From IMG/VR virus record IMGVR_UViG_3300025168_000117: DNA of 54,041 bases. The stretch is one strand, 5' to 3'. Below, piece after piece: positions 31,065 through 40,506 of this stretch. The first letter of the stretch is position 1, and each line of letters starts with the position of its first letter. The notes under the pieces were generated by a model that was not told the origin of the DNA, made no database searches, and was given only the letters and a program-made list of their open reading frames with translations. Both the position numbers and the translations under genes were made by a program. The DNA comes from a virus.

Positions 31065-31984
31065 TTATATATGGAGCAGGGATGGCAGGACTGTTGGCAG
31101 CAAATATGTTGCGTCGACATTCACCAGAAATAAAAGAAAAGCAGGATGAATTACCTAATAATCATGATGCTCTTTTGCGTTTTAGAAATAACTCTGTTGG
31201 AGTAGCAACTAACATACCATTTAGGAAAGTAAAAGTTAGGAAAGCTATAAAATATGATAAAGTTCTTCATGTAGAGCCAACATTATATTTATCAAATCTT
31301 TACTCTCAAAAAGTTACTGGGAGCTATTTTGACAGATCTATTAATAATCTAGATCCAGTAGAAAGATATATAGCTCCACCAAATTTAATTTCTTTAATGG
31401 CTGAAGGTGTAAATGTATCTTACAGAAAAACTCTTCTTAACTTATCAGAGTTTTCGGAAAAACCAATAATATCTACTATACCTATGCCTGTGTTAATGAA
31501 ATTAACTAATTGGGAAAATATCCCAGAATTTAAATTTAAAACAATATGGTCTCAAAGGACTGAAATTACAGATCCTGAAATAAATGTCAATCAAACTATT
31601 TATTATCCAGACCCATTAACAGATTATTATAGGATATCTGTAACAGGAAAAGTAGTTATTGCAGAATATATAAAGCCACCATTAAATAAAGGTCCTGACA
31701 TTATGACAGCTTTGAGGGAAGACTTTGGCATACATCCTAAACGTCTTTCTCCTATTAAGCAATCAGAAATGCAATATGGTAAGTTGTTGCCAATTGATGA
31801 ATATATAAGAAGAGAATTTATTCATTGGACAACACAAAAATACGGAATATATTCTTTAGGAAGGTTTGCTACTTGGAGACAGCTACTTCTTGATGATGTT
31901 GTTAAAGATATAAATGTCATTGATGGTTTTTTAAATAATACTTATAAAAGGAAGCTACATGAGAAAGGAAAAGATAATGATTAA
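31061..31984 (+). CDS. FAD/NAD(P)-binding flavoprotein-like oxidoreductase (307 aa)
   Basis: It has an N-terminal Rossmann dinucleotide motif (MIIYGAGMAGLLAANML). ISTIPMP and the C-terminal YSLGRFATWRQLLLDDVV resemble the amine-oxidase / UDP-galactopyranose-mutase flavoenzyme pattern by eye. Confidence 0.5.
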   Translation: MIIYGAGMAGLLAANMLRRHSPEIKEKQDELPNNHDALLRFRNNSVGVATNIPFRKVKVRKAIKYDKVLHVEPTLYLSNLYSQKVTGSYFDRSINNLDPVERYIAPPNLISLMAEGVNVSYRKTLLNLSEFSEKPIISTIPMPVLMKLTNWENIPEFKFKTIWSQRTEITDPEINVNQTIYYPDPLTDYYRISVTGKVVIAEYIKPPLNKGPDIMTALREDFGIHPKRLSPIKQSEMQYGKLLPIDEYIRREFIHWTTQKYGIYSLGRFATWRQLLLDDVVKDINVIDGFLNNTYKRKLHEKGKDND

Positions 31985-32411
31985 AATATTTATAATGCTT
32001 ATTGTCTTTGGAGTTTTATTCAACTTAGTAAGTTGCACTAATCCTTATAAAATAGAGATACCAGTTTGGTATTTAGAGCCACCATCAAACCAATATTCTA
32101 CAATAACTTCAGGATTTGGTAAGTCTAAACATAAACAGTTAGCTCTTGACATGGCTGTAATGGCAGCAAAAAGATCAGCTGCTGATAAAATATCAAGCGA
32201 GATAAAAGGTCGTTCTAAATACTATTTATCAGAAGGAACATCTCAAGGTTCAGAGATTGCAATGATAGAAGATATTAACATGACAATAGAGAATTACAAA
32301 CAACTAAAAGCTGAGATAGTAGGAACAACTTCTGGTTATGAAGCTTATGTTCTTCTGTCTTTCCCTCAACAATTTAATTCTGAGATATTCTCAGAGATAG
32401 AAAGGAATTAA
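31977..32411 (+). CDS. Lipoprotein (144 aa), start moved to MIKIF
   Basis: The ATG at 31977 lies 6 nt after AGAAAGGAA. The signal peptide has a canonical lipobox (FNLVSC). The mature part is weakly LPP20-like (tentative). Confidence 0.6.
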   Translation: MIKIFIMLIVFGVLFNLVSCTNPYKIEIPVWYLEPPSNQYSTITSGFGKSKHKQLALDMAVMAAKRSAADKISSEIKGRSKYYLSEGTSQGSEIAMIEDINMTIENYKQLKAEIVGTTSGYEAYVLLSFPQQFNSEIFSEIERN

Positions 32412-32413
32412 TT

Positions 32414-33082
32414 ATGAAAGTTAAATTAGTAAATTACACCTCCGATGCAAAGAATCTATTATTGTTTACAAAAAATACAAGACTTCTTAATGAAGAGAGT
32501 GCTTATGATGCTATCACTCAATGGCCAGAGCAAAAAAAGCAAGGAGAGTTAGATTATATGCTTAGAACAATAAAATCTTCTTGGGAATTTGTCGATTACA
32601 CTTTTGATATCAGAGATGTTACCAGAGCATTCACTCATCAATTTGTAAGAACTCGCCAAGGGAGTTATGCCCAACAATCTCAAAGAACTGTAAATATGCA
32701 AGGATTTGGTTATCATACTACAGATGCAGTTTTAGAGAATGCTGAAGCTAAAGAAGTTTATGATGAGACGATGCAAGACATTCATGCAGGATATCATAAA
32801 CTTATTAAATTAGGTATAAATGCAGAAGATGCTCGTGGAGTTTTACCAACTAATATTCATACAAACATTGTAGCGAAATTTACTCTTAGAACTTTACATG
32901 AGATGGCTAAATCAAGATTAAGTCCTAGAGCGCAAGGTGAATATCAAGAAGTCTTTAAGCTTATGGTAAAAGAAGTTGTCGATGTCCATCCTTGGGCAGA
33001 GCCATTTTTGACTCCAACAGAGTGGTCAGCACCATCAATGGCTAAAGCATTAAATTCTAAGAAAGGAAATAAAAATGATTAG
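32414..33082 (+). CDS. thyX: Flavin-dependent thymidylate synthase ThyX (variant motif)
   Basis: TRAFTHQFVRTRQGSYAQQSQR matches the ThyX signature (..HQ.vRHR..S..QqSqRY). The central His is replaced by Thr (RTR, codons 32648..32656). Downstream, ARGVLP and the TLR.L...A..R pattern are present. Confidence 0.8.
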   Translation: MKVKLVNYTSDAKNLLLFTKNTRLLNEESAYDAITQWPEQKKQGELDYMLRTIKSSWEFVDYTFDIRDVTRAFTHQFVRTRQGSYAQQSQRTVNMQGFGYHTTDAVLENAEAKEVYDETMQDIHAGYHKLIKLGINAEDARGVLPTNIHTNIVAKFTLRTLHEMAKSRLSPRAQGEYQEVFKLMVKEVVDVHPWAEPFLTPTEWSAPSMAKALNSKKGNKND

Positions 33083-33515
33083 AGTTATATTGTGCGATAT
33101 TGATGGGACTATTGCTAATGTTCTGCATAGAATTCATTATGTTAAAGGAAAAGAGAAAAACTGGGAAGAGTTTAATTCTAGAGCAAATAATGATTCTGTT
33201 AAAGAAGACATAGCAAATGTCCTAAGAGAATTCCAAAGAGACGGTGAAACTGAAATACATATAGTAACAGCTCGGGAAGAGAAATGGAAACAAGACACAG
33301 AAGAGTGGCTAAATGTAAATGATATCCCTTTCAATGGTCTTTTCATGAGAGGAATAGGAGATACTCGTTCTGACTCTGATGTAAAGAAAGACATATACAC
33401 AACTAATTTTGCAGATAAGAAAATTTGGTTTGTCTTAGAAGACAGAGATAAAGTTGTTAAAATGTGGAGAGAATTAGGACTATCTTGTTTGCAAGTTGCA
33501 GAAGGAGATTATTAA
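33075..33515 (+). CDS. HAD-superfamily phosphatase (146 aa)
   Basis: It carries the N-terminal DxDGT motif (ILCDIDGTIAN) and has the size and pattern of phage nucleotidase / polynucleotide 3-phosphatase-type HAD proteins. Confidence 0.6.
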   Translation: MIRVILCDIDGTIANVLHRIHYVKGKEKNWEEFNSRANNDSVKEDIANVLREFQRDGETEIHIVTAREEKWKQDTEEWLNVNDIPFNGLFMRGIGDTRSDSDVKKDIYTTNFADKKIWFVLEDRDKVVKMWRELGLSCLQVAEGDY

Positions 33516-33718
33516 TGGCTAGACCTTTTTTAAGAATTGTTAACAATAATTTAGAATTAGACAGACAACCTGTCGCAAGGATTTTAGATTTAACTCCTAC
33601 AATTATGCAAAGATTTGAAGAGCATATAAGTAAAGTTAATGAGGTTATGCAACAAGTAGAAGATTTAACTGAAAAAGTTAATTCTTTAAAAAGAGAGATA
33701 GATACTCATTATGCTTGA
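33515..33718 (+). CDS. Small helical protein (67 aa), start moved to MARPFL
   Basis: The ATG at 33515 overlaps the upstream stop (TAATG) and lies 7 nt after GAAGGAG. Confidence 0.55.
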   Translation: MARPFLRIVNNNLELDRQPVARILDLTPTIMQRFEEHISKVNEVMQQVEDLTEKVNSLKREIDTHYA

Positions 33719-33989
33719 AAAGAAAATTGAAGAAGCTCTTAAAACAGCTAAACAAAGAGGTGAGCAATATGGTCATTCTTATCTGGTCCAAGGGGAAATT
33801 ATGAAAATCCTTTTCCCTAAAGGTCTTGACTTAAAAACTACTGCAGATTTTAATAGATATGGAGCATTAAATCTTATCATTACAAAGTTAATAAGGTATT
33901 GTAATAATTGGGAAAAACCTCATCAAGATTCAATTCACGATTTAGGAGTTTATGCATTTATATTGGAGACAGTTGATGATAGTAATTGA
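33711..33989 (+). CDS. Small all-helical protein, possibly a MazG-like / nucleotide-modification-associated domain (92 aa)
   Basis: Track ORF. KQRGEQYGHSY...ITKLIRY...IHDLGVYAFIL is reminiscent of DUF1599/MazG-type four-helix proteins; this is a tentative recognition. Confidence 0.35.
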   Translation: MLEKKIEEALKTAKQRGEQYGHSYLVQGEIMKILFPKGLDLKTTADFNRYGALNLIITKLIRYCNNWEKPHQDSIHDLGVYAFILETVDDSN

Positions 33990-34515
33990 TTTAGAGACAA
34001 CGGGACTTTTAATGCCAGAAGCTTCTGATTTGAAAGAGCAACCTTACATAATAGAGTTTGCTGGGATAAAATTAGATAATAATTTTAAATCAGTTGATTC
34101 ATTAGAATTTTTCGTAAATCCTGGATTCCCTTTACCAGAGCAAATAATAAAAATAACTAATATAAAAGACGATGATTTAAAAGACAAGCCACCATTTGTT
34201 AGTTATTTTGATAAGCTTGCAGAATTTTTCTTAGGTGAAGATACAATTGTTGCTCACAATCTTCCTTTCGATAAAGGAATTTTAAAACATAATTTATCTA
34301 GAATTGATAAAGTAACGAGCTTCCCTTGGCCACCTAAGCAATTATGCACTGTAGAAGTTAGTCAGCAGGTCTGGGGAAAGAAAAGAAAACTTGTTGATAT
34401 ATATAAAGAAGTTACAGGAAAAGAACATAAAGGTGCACATAGAGCTATGGCTGATGTAAAAGCAACTGTAGAAGTTTTAAGATGGTATAAAAAAGAAGGA
34501 CATCTTGATGATTAA
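33976..34515 (+). CDS. DnaQ-like DEDDh 3'-5' exonuclease (179 aa)
   Basis: VIDLETTGL is Exo I, VAHNLPFDKGIL is Exo II and HRAMADV is Exo III. The ATG at 33976 lies 6 nt after GGAGA. Confidence 0.85.
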   Translation: MIVIDLETTGLLMPEASDLKEQPYIIEFAGIKLDNNFKSVDSLEFFVNPGFPLPEQIIKITNIKDDDLKDKPPFVSYFDKLAEFFLGEDTIVAHNLPFDKGILKHNLSRIDKVTSFPWPPKQLCTVEVSQQVWGKKRKLVDIYKEVTGKEHKGAHRAMADVKATVEVLRWYKKEGHLDD

Positions 34516-37291
34516 TTTAAAAGTGCGCACAGAATTTTCTTTTCGTCGTGCATATGGTCCACTTGAAAAGATTATAAAAAGTTGTGAAACTGATAAAGTT
34601 GCTATAACAGATGATGGAACTTGGGGACATGTGCCACTCTCTAAATTATGTAAAAATCCTATATATGGAGTTGAGATAGCATTTGTAGAAGATGCTAAAG
34701 AAAGAGCTAAACAACCTATAAATTATATAACATTCTTAGCTAAAAATAATGAAGGTCTTAAAGAAATATATCATCTAACTTCTTTGGCTACAGCTAAAGA
34801 GCATTTTTATTATGTTCCTCGTTTAGACTATCCTTGTTTATTTGATGTTTCAGATAATGTTTTTATTCTTTCTGGATCCAATCCTAATTGGGGATTATTA
34901 CCTAAAAGTCAGAATGTTTTTGCAGAAATAAATCCTATGAGCTCAAAAAAAGTTTTAGATTTAAAATTCCCATTAGTAGCTACAAGTGATAATTTTTACC
35001 CAACAATAGAAGATAAAAAAGTCTATCAAGTTCTCGTTGGCAGGAATAGACAAGATAGCACAAAACCAATGCATATTTTAAATGAGTGGGAGCACAAAAG
35101 TTTTATGCCTTGGTCAACCCAATCAGCATATGATAACACCCATATAATAGCTGGTGAATGTAATGCAAAATTAACAGAAGCAAAATTAGTTGAATTTAAT
35201 AAAACTAAAACTCTATTACAGCTTTGTGAAGAAGGCTCAATTAATTTAAAAATTAATTTAAAAGATGAGAAATACAAAGAGAGACTTACTTATGAATTAA
35301 GATTAATTGATGAAAAGAAATATGAAGATTATTTTTTCGTTATAGCTGATATGGTTAATTATGCAAAACAACATATGCTTGTTGGTCCTGCTAGAGGAAG
35401 TAGTGCTGGGTCTTTAGTTTGTTATTTATTAGGAATTACTGATGTTGACCCATTAGTTCACAATTTATTATTTGAAAGATTTATAGATTTAAACAGAGAG
35501 GATCTGCCTGATATAGATATTGATTTCCAAGATGACAGAAGAGATATGGTATTTCAATATTTAAAAGACAAATATGGTTCTGATAAAGTAGCAAGACTAG
35601 GGACAATAAGTCGTTACAAAGCAAAAAGCACAATTGGTGAAGTTGCAAAAGCTCTTAATATACCACAATGGGAAGTTAATGATTTAAAAGGAGCTATAAT
35701 AGAAAGAAGTGGTGGTGATGCTCGAGCTGAATTTTGTATAATGGACACATTTAATGATTTAGAAATAGGAAAGAAAATTTTAAAAAAATATCCTCAAATG
35801 AAGATAGCTTCAGAGATGGAATTCCACGCAAGACATCATGGTGTACACGCAGCAGCAATAGTTGTAACAGATAAACCAGTGAGAGACTTTTGCTCTTTCA
35901 ATGCACAAACAGAAGCTCTTCAAGTTGATAAATATGACGCAGAAAGATTAAATCTTTTAAAGATTGATGCATTAGGACTTAGGACATTAACTGTAATGCA
36001 GGATGTTTTAGACCAAGTTAATTGGAGTCGTCAAAAATTAGTAGAATTTAAGCTCGATGATGAGAAAGCATTCAAAGTTTTAAATGATGAGAGATATTCT
36101 GGTATATTCCAGTTTGAAGGCTATGCATTGCAATCTTTAACAAGACAAATGAAAGTTAGTAATTTTGAAGATATTGCAGCACTTACAGCACTAGGTCGTC
36201 CTGGACCATTAGTTTCTGGAGGAACAACTCAATACATAAGAAGGCACACTGGTGAAGCACCAATAACATATTTACATCCTTTAGTTAAAGACATAACAGA
36301 GATAACTCATGGGATTGTTGTTTATCAAGAGCAAGTGATGGAGATAGGAAGGCATGTTGGCAAATTATCTTGGGAAGACATATCTCAATTAAGAAAAGCT
36401 ATGAGTAAATCTCTTGGGCAAGAATTCTTTAATAAGTATTGGGAAAGATTTAAGTTAGGTGCAGAGGAGAATGGTCTTGATGAAAATGAAGCAAAAAAAA
36501 TATGGGATAATATTAATACTATGGGTTCTTGGGCATTTAATCGCTCTCATGCTATTAGTTATGGTCTTCTTTCTTATTGGTGTTGTGTTCTTAAGTCTAG
36601 ATTTCCTTTGGAATTTGCTGCTGCGTGTTTACGAAATGTTCGTGATGAAAACCAAGGAATTAGATTGCTAAGAGAATTAGTAAAAGAAGGATTTGAATAT
36701 AAAACTTATGACAGAGATAAGTCTGAAGAGAATTGGTCTGTTAAAGATGGCGATCTTATAGGAGGGATAACAAATATAAAAGGTGTTGGTGGCAAAGTTG
36801 CTGAAGATATAATAAGAAGAAGAGACCAAAAAATACCTTTTACACCAAGGCAAGAAAAACTTTTAAATGAAGGTGTCACTCCTTATGATGATATATTTGA
36901 ATGCGAAAGATTATTTGGTCACATTAAAAAAGATCCAGGAGAACATGGCATATCTTCTACAATTACAGACATAGGAGAATTAGATGCAGATCGTCCAGGA
37001 ACTTTTGTATTTTTCGGCAAGCTTACTGAAAAGAATTTAAGAGACATGAATGAAACAGTCAACTTAGCTAAAAGAAATGGTCGCAGAGTAGAGATGCACA
37101 ACCTTTGGCTTAATATTACATTTGAAGATGATACAGGACCAATTATAAGCACTATTGATAGATTTAAATATCCAGTTCTTGGGAAGCCAGTTGTTGAAGA
37201 AGGCAAAATTGGAGACTGGTATTTGGTTAAAGGAAGAGTCAAGCAAGGATTTAGAAAAGTGTATGTTGAAAGAGTGCGCAAATTAACATGA
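34505..37291 (+). CDS. dnaE: DNA polymerase III alpha-type (DnaE family) replicative polymerase (928 aa)
   Basis: It has an N-terminal PHP-like region (LKVRTEFSF). GPARGSSAGSLVCYLLGITDVDP and LFERFIDLNREDLPDIDIDF are present, followed by finger/thumb-type motifs (FQFEG, VYQEQVM). Confidence 0.9.
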   Translation: MMINLKVRTEFSFRRAYGPLEKIIKSCETDKVAITDDGTWGHVPLSKLCKNPIYGVEIAFVEDAKERAKQPINYITFLAKNNEGLKEIYHLTSLATAKEHFYYVPRLDYPCLFDVSDNVFILSGSNPNWGLLPKSQNVFAEINPMSSKKVLDLKFPLVATSDNFYPTIEDKKVYQVLVGRNRQDSTKPMHILNEWEHKSFMPWSTQSAYDNTHIIAGECNAKLTEAKLVEFNKTKTLLQLCEEGSINLKINLKDEKYKERLTYELRLIDEKKYEDYFFVIADMVNYAKQHMLVGPARGSSAGSLVCYLLGITDVDPLVHNLLFERFIDLNREDLPDIDIDFQDDRRDMVFQYLKDKYGSDKVARLGTISRYKAKSTIGEVAKALNIPQWEVNDLKGAIIERSGGDARAEFCIMDTFNDLEIGKKILKKYPQMKIASEMEFHARHHGVHAAAIVVTDKPVRDFCSFNAQTEALQVDKYDAERLNLLKIDALGLRTLTVMQDVLDQVNWSRQKLVEFKLDDEKAFKVLNDERYSGIFQFEGYALQSLTRQMKVSNFEDIAALTALGRPGPLVSGGTTQYIRRHTGEAPITYLHPLVKDITEITHGIVVYQEQVMEIGRHVGKLSWEDISQLRKAMSKSLGQEFFNKYWERFKLGAEENGLDENEAKKIWDNINTMGSWAFNRSHAISYGLLSYWCCVLKSRFPLEFAAACLRNVRDENQGIRLLRELVKEGFEYKTYDRDKSEENWSVKDGDLIGGITNIKGVGGKVAEDIIRRRDQKIPFTPRQEKLLNEGVTPYDDIFECERLFGHIKKDPGEHGISSTITDIGELDADRPGTFVFFGKLTEKNLRDMNETVNLAKRNGRRVEMHNLWLNITFEDDTGPIISTIDRFKYPVLGKPVVEEGKIGDWYLVKGRVKQGFRKVYVERVRKLT

Positions 37292-37325
37292 TGCAAGTTA
37301 TTGTTAAATAAAAGAAATAAAAAGC

Positions 37326-37354
37326 TTTACTTATCTGCTCAAATAAGATATGAT
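37326..37354 (+). promoter_or_regulatory. Sigma70-type promoter copy (TTTACT-N17-TATGAT)
   Basis: The -35 is at 37326..37331 and the -10 at 37349..37354. The leader 37359..37393 is identical to 25127..25161 on the opposite strand. Confidence 0.7.
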
Positions 37355-37385
37355 AGGGTATAGACAATTTAGAAAGGAATAAAAA

Positions 37386-38066
37386 ATGTCAAATACTATG
37401 AATAAAAAACCTGAAGGTCTTTCTCTTCCAGAAGGTGCGAGAAGTGGACCAAACTGCGGAGTAACAGCTATGGCTATTGCTGCCAACATCTCTTTTGATT
37501 CTGCTTGGGATCTTTTAGAAAGAGTTGATAAAAGGTCAAAGAAATTCACTGGCGCAACTTTTGATGCAGACAGAGAGATCGCATATAAAAAGCTAGGTCT
37601 TAAAACTACAAAAATTAATTTTAAAGACAGATATGATATTGCAAAGAAAAAAGGCAATTTTGTACTTACTCTTAAAAACTTTGTAGAGTGGGGAACAGTA
37701 AAAGGCAAAACTTATATTGTTACAACCACTGGTCATGTTCAAGTTGTAAAAGATAATTGGGTAATTGACCAAGGTGGTGCTAAACCAATTGATGAATTCC
37801 ATGGCAAAGCAAAACATGTTGATAGCATTCATGAAGTTGGTAAATTAAAAACAGCAAGATCTGATTCAAAATATTCTGGGATGTGTCTGTATTCCATGAG
37901 TAAAGACAATCACAGAAGACAAGGTTCATTTGGTTATCACTCAATGCAAATAATCATTGAAAATAATGGTATCTCTTATGAAGACTATATAAGCAAAGGT
38001 GGTAGGACTAGAGACCTTGACTGGGATCTTGATAAGTGCCATGTTGAAATATTGAGAAAAGGTTAG
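37386..38066 (+). CDS. Papain-fold cysteine-peptidase-like protein fused to the shared C-terminal domain (226 aa)
   Basis: The N-terminal GARSGPNCGVTAMAIAA has a Cys in the NCG context. TTTGHVQVVKDNWVIDQGG supplies a His and Asp/Asn, as in C39-like peptidases. The C-terminal GYHSMQIIIENNGISYEDYISKGGRTRDLDWDLDKCHVEIL is paralogous to the 182-aa protein. Confidence 0.5.
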   Translation: MSNTMNKKPEGLSLPEGARSGPNCGVTAMAIAANISFDSAWDLLERVDKRSKKFTGATFDADREIAYKKLGLKTTKINFKDRYDIAKKKGNFVLTLKNFVEWGTVKGKTYIVTTTGHVQVVKDNWVIDQGGAKPIDEFHGKAKHVDSIHEVGKLKTARSDSKYSGMCLYSMSKDNHRRQGSFGYHSMQIIIENNGISYEDYISKGGRTRDLDWDLDKCHVEILRKG

Positions 38067-39752
38067 ATGGAAATATCTGCTAAAGGGAAACAATGTATTG
38101 CTAGAGTTAAATTAGACTCTAGCAATACTCAGTTGTTAAGTGGTCTTCCAGGATTTCATCGCTGGATAAATAGGGACATGCTATTTTCTCCAACAGGAGC
38201 AAACATTAATTACATAGCAAAGCACTGGCCAGATGCACAATGGAGCTCTGAAGCAAGAGTTTTCTTAAACAGTTACATAGACACATTAGAAGAGGCAACT
38301 AAAAACAGGACATTTGAAACTCCACCAATTGATGACTTTGCATTTGAGACAAAACCTTTTGAACATCAAAGAAAAGCTTTTTACATGAGTCGTGATAAAG
38401 AGAATTTTGCACTATTAATGGAGCAAGGAACTGGGAAGACTAAAATTATAATTGACAATGCTGCTTACCTTTATGGCAGAGGAAAGATAAATTGCTTGAT
38501 AGTAATAGCACCTAATGGTGTTCACAGGAACTGGCTCAATAACGAAATACCTGTGCACATGCCAAAATGGTGTCCTATAGATTCTATTTACTATCAATCT
38601 GGTATGAATAAAAGTCATACAAAGAAATTTAATGATGTTATAGCTTCAAAAGAAGTGTTAAAAATTTTTACATTTAATGTTGAAGCTTTTGTTTCTAAAA
38701 CAGCTATGAGGTTTTTAGAGAATATTCTTCTTTCTCATGATTGTCTTTTAGTCGTTGATGAAAGCTCTAGAATAAAAACTCCTGGGACACACAGAACAAA
38801 AGTCATAACTAAATTAGGCAAGCTTGCTAAATACAAAAGAATATTAACAGGGACTCCTGTAACAAAAGGTGCTGAAGATGTTTTTGCTCAATTTAAATTT
38901 CTAGATCCTTATATTTTAGGGCATGATAGTTTTTATAGCTTCCGAGCAAGATATTGTGTCATGCGTGAATATGACAATCGCAAATGGATTGTTGGCTATC
39001 AAAATGTTGATGAATTGACTAATAGCATAAAAGGGCATTCTTTTAGAGTTCTTAAAAAAGATTGTTTAGATTTGCCAGAGAAAATTTATCAAAGAGCTTA
39101 TGTAGAGTTATCAAAAGAGCAAAGGCAAATTTACAATTCAATTAAAAATGAATATGTTGCTCAGCTAGGTGATGATGAAATAAGTGTGCCAGAAACTATT
39201 ACTAGAATCTTAAGATTACAGCAAGTTGTTTGTGGTTGGTTCCCATCTGAAAATGAAGTCAAACCAATTAATAAAACGAATTTGCGTTTAAAAGCTCTTT
39301 TAGACATAATTAGTGAAATAGACTCTAAAATCATCATCTGGGCAAGATTTCGAGCTGATATAATGGCCATACAAGCAGCATTAGGAGACTCTGCTGTGGT
39401 TTACTATGGAGACGTTTCAAGCGATGACAGGGTAATTGCTGTAGATAGATTTCAGAAAGATCCGAAGATAAAATACTTTATCGGACAGCCACAGAGTGGA
39501 GGAATAGGATTAACACTAACAGCAGCACAATATGCAATATATTATTCTAATAGTTTTGATTTAGAAACAAGATTACAGTCTGAAGATAGATGCCATCGGA
39601 TTGGAACAACAACAAATGTAACTTACATAGACCTGGAAGCAAGCAAGACTGTAGATGGCAGAATAATAAAAGCTTTACGAGATAAAAAAAGTGTAGCAGA
39701 TATTGTTAATGAAGATCCAAGGTCTATGTTTTTGGAGATGGAAAATGAGTGA
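38067..39752 (+). CDS. SNF2-family helicase/translocase (561 aa)
   Basis: The motifs are LLMEQGTGKTK (motif I), VVDESSRIK (motif II), GGIGLTLTAA (motif V) and QSEDRCHRIGTT (motif VI). Confidence 0.85.
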   Translation: MEISAKGKQCIARVKLDSSNTQLLSGLPGFHRWINRDMLFSPTGANINYIAKHWPDAQWSSEARVFLNSYIDTLEEATKNRTFETPPIDDFAFETKPFEHQRKAFYMSRDKENFALLMEQGTGKTKIIIDNAAYLYGRGKINCLIVIAPNGVHRNWLNNEIPVHMPKWCPIDSIYYQSGMNKSHTKKFNDVIASKEVLKIFTFNVEAFVSKTAMRFLENILLSHDCLLVVDESSRIKTPGTHRTKVITKLGKLAKYKRILTGTPVTKGAEDVFAQFKFLDPYILGHDSFYSFRARYCVMREYDNRKWIVGYQNVDELTNSIKGHSFRVLKKDCLDLPEKIYQRAYVELSKEQRQIYNSIKNEYVAQLGDDEISVPETITRILRLQQVVCGWFPSENEVKPINKTNLRLKALLDIISEIDSKIIIWARFRADIMAIQAALGDSAVVYYGDVSSDDRVIAVDRFQKDPKIKYFIGQPQSGGIGLTLTAAQYAIYYSNSFDLETRLQSEDRCHRIGTTTNVTYIDLEASKTVDGRIIKALRDKKSVADIVNEDPRSMFLEMENE

Positions 39753-40185
39753 GAAAGCATTGTGGTCATTAGTTCGGAGTAATTTAGCATTAAGAATGTT
39801 CCGAGTTGAAAATAGAGTTGCTGCAGGAATGCCAGATGTTCATTATGTAAGACAAGGCAAATCTGGTTGGTTTGAGATGAAGTATATGAAAGAGTTTAAA
39901 ACAGGAAGAAAAGTTTCTGTAGGTCTTAAGAAGCATCAGCACATGTGGTTAAAAGATTATATTGACCATGGTGGGATCTGCTGGATAATGTTAAGAGTAG
40001 GGAGAACTTGGCTTATGCTATTTCATGGGGATGAAGACTTAGTGAATATGATTAAATCAAACGAACTAATAGAAAGGTCTGTTTGGTATCACAAAGGGAT
40101 AATGAAAAGAGAAAATTGGCAAAAACTAGAGGAGGTAATTAAAAATGGACGAGTATGCATATCTAAAAAAAATAGCGATAGTTGA
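39745..40185 (+). CDS. VRR-NUC domain nuclease (146 aa)
   Basis: The ATG at 39745 lies 6 nt after GGAGA and overlaps the SNF2 stop. GMPDVHYV...GWFEMKY fits the PD-(D/E)xK VRR-NUC signature. The SNF2 plus VRR-NUC pairing is common in phages. Confidence 0.7.
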   Translation: MSEKALWSLVRSNLALRMFRVENRVAAGMPDVHYVRQGKSGWFEMKYMKEFKTGRKVSVGLKKHQHMWLKDYIDHGGICWIMLRVGRTWLMLFHGDEDLVNMIKSNELIERSVWYHKGIMKRENWQKLEEVIKNGRVCISKKNSDS

Positions 40186-40333
40186 TAGAAGAAAGGGATT
40201 GTTGAGAAAAGATGACGAGATATATGATAAATTTGCTTTTGAGTTTCTTGATGATTTGGTTGATAAACTTACAAGGAATAAAAGCAAGTTTCTCCAACGA
40301 GATATTTTCAAGACAAATATTAAGGTGCAGTGA
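40145..40333 (+). CDS. Small protein of unknown function (62 aa)
   Basis: Track ORF with GAGGAGG SD 9 nt upstream. It overlaps the VRR-NUC 3' end. Confidence 0.55.
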   Translation: MDEYAYLKKIAIVDRRKGLLRKDDEIYDKFAFEFLDDLVDKLTRNKSKFLQRDIFKTNIKVQ

Positions 40334-40371
40334 AAATTGTAAATTAACACAATTAACTTGGGAGCAAAATT

Positions 40372-40506
40372 ATGGCAAAGCAAATGTTAAAAAAGGCATA
40401 TTTAAAGATAGGACGATGCATTATTGCAGAACCAAAGAATCGTGGGATCCTATTATTCGTTGGTGGGATATTGGTGGGCATATTTATATGTTCTCTGAAC
40501 AGCTAA
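40372..40506 (+). CDS. Small single-TM protein (44 aa), not in the ORF track
   Basis: Hand translation gives MAKQMLKKAYLKIGRCIIAEPKNRGILLFVGGILVGIFICSLNS. A GGGAG SD lies 7 nt upstream. Confidence 0.4.
   Translation: MAKQMLKKAYLKIGRCIIAEPKNRGILLFVGGILVGIFICSLNS

Noticed and set aside
36919-37708. Minus-strand ORFs antisense to replication genes (36919..37296, 37331..37708, 30575..30880, 28049..28303, 40126..40383).
   Set aside because: The reasoning is the same as for the other antisense ORFs. ORF 37331..37708 additionally runs through the promoter/leader of the 37386 gene. No SD or coupling is present, and the sequences are hydrophobic and low-complexity.
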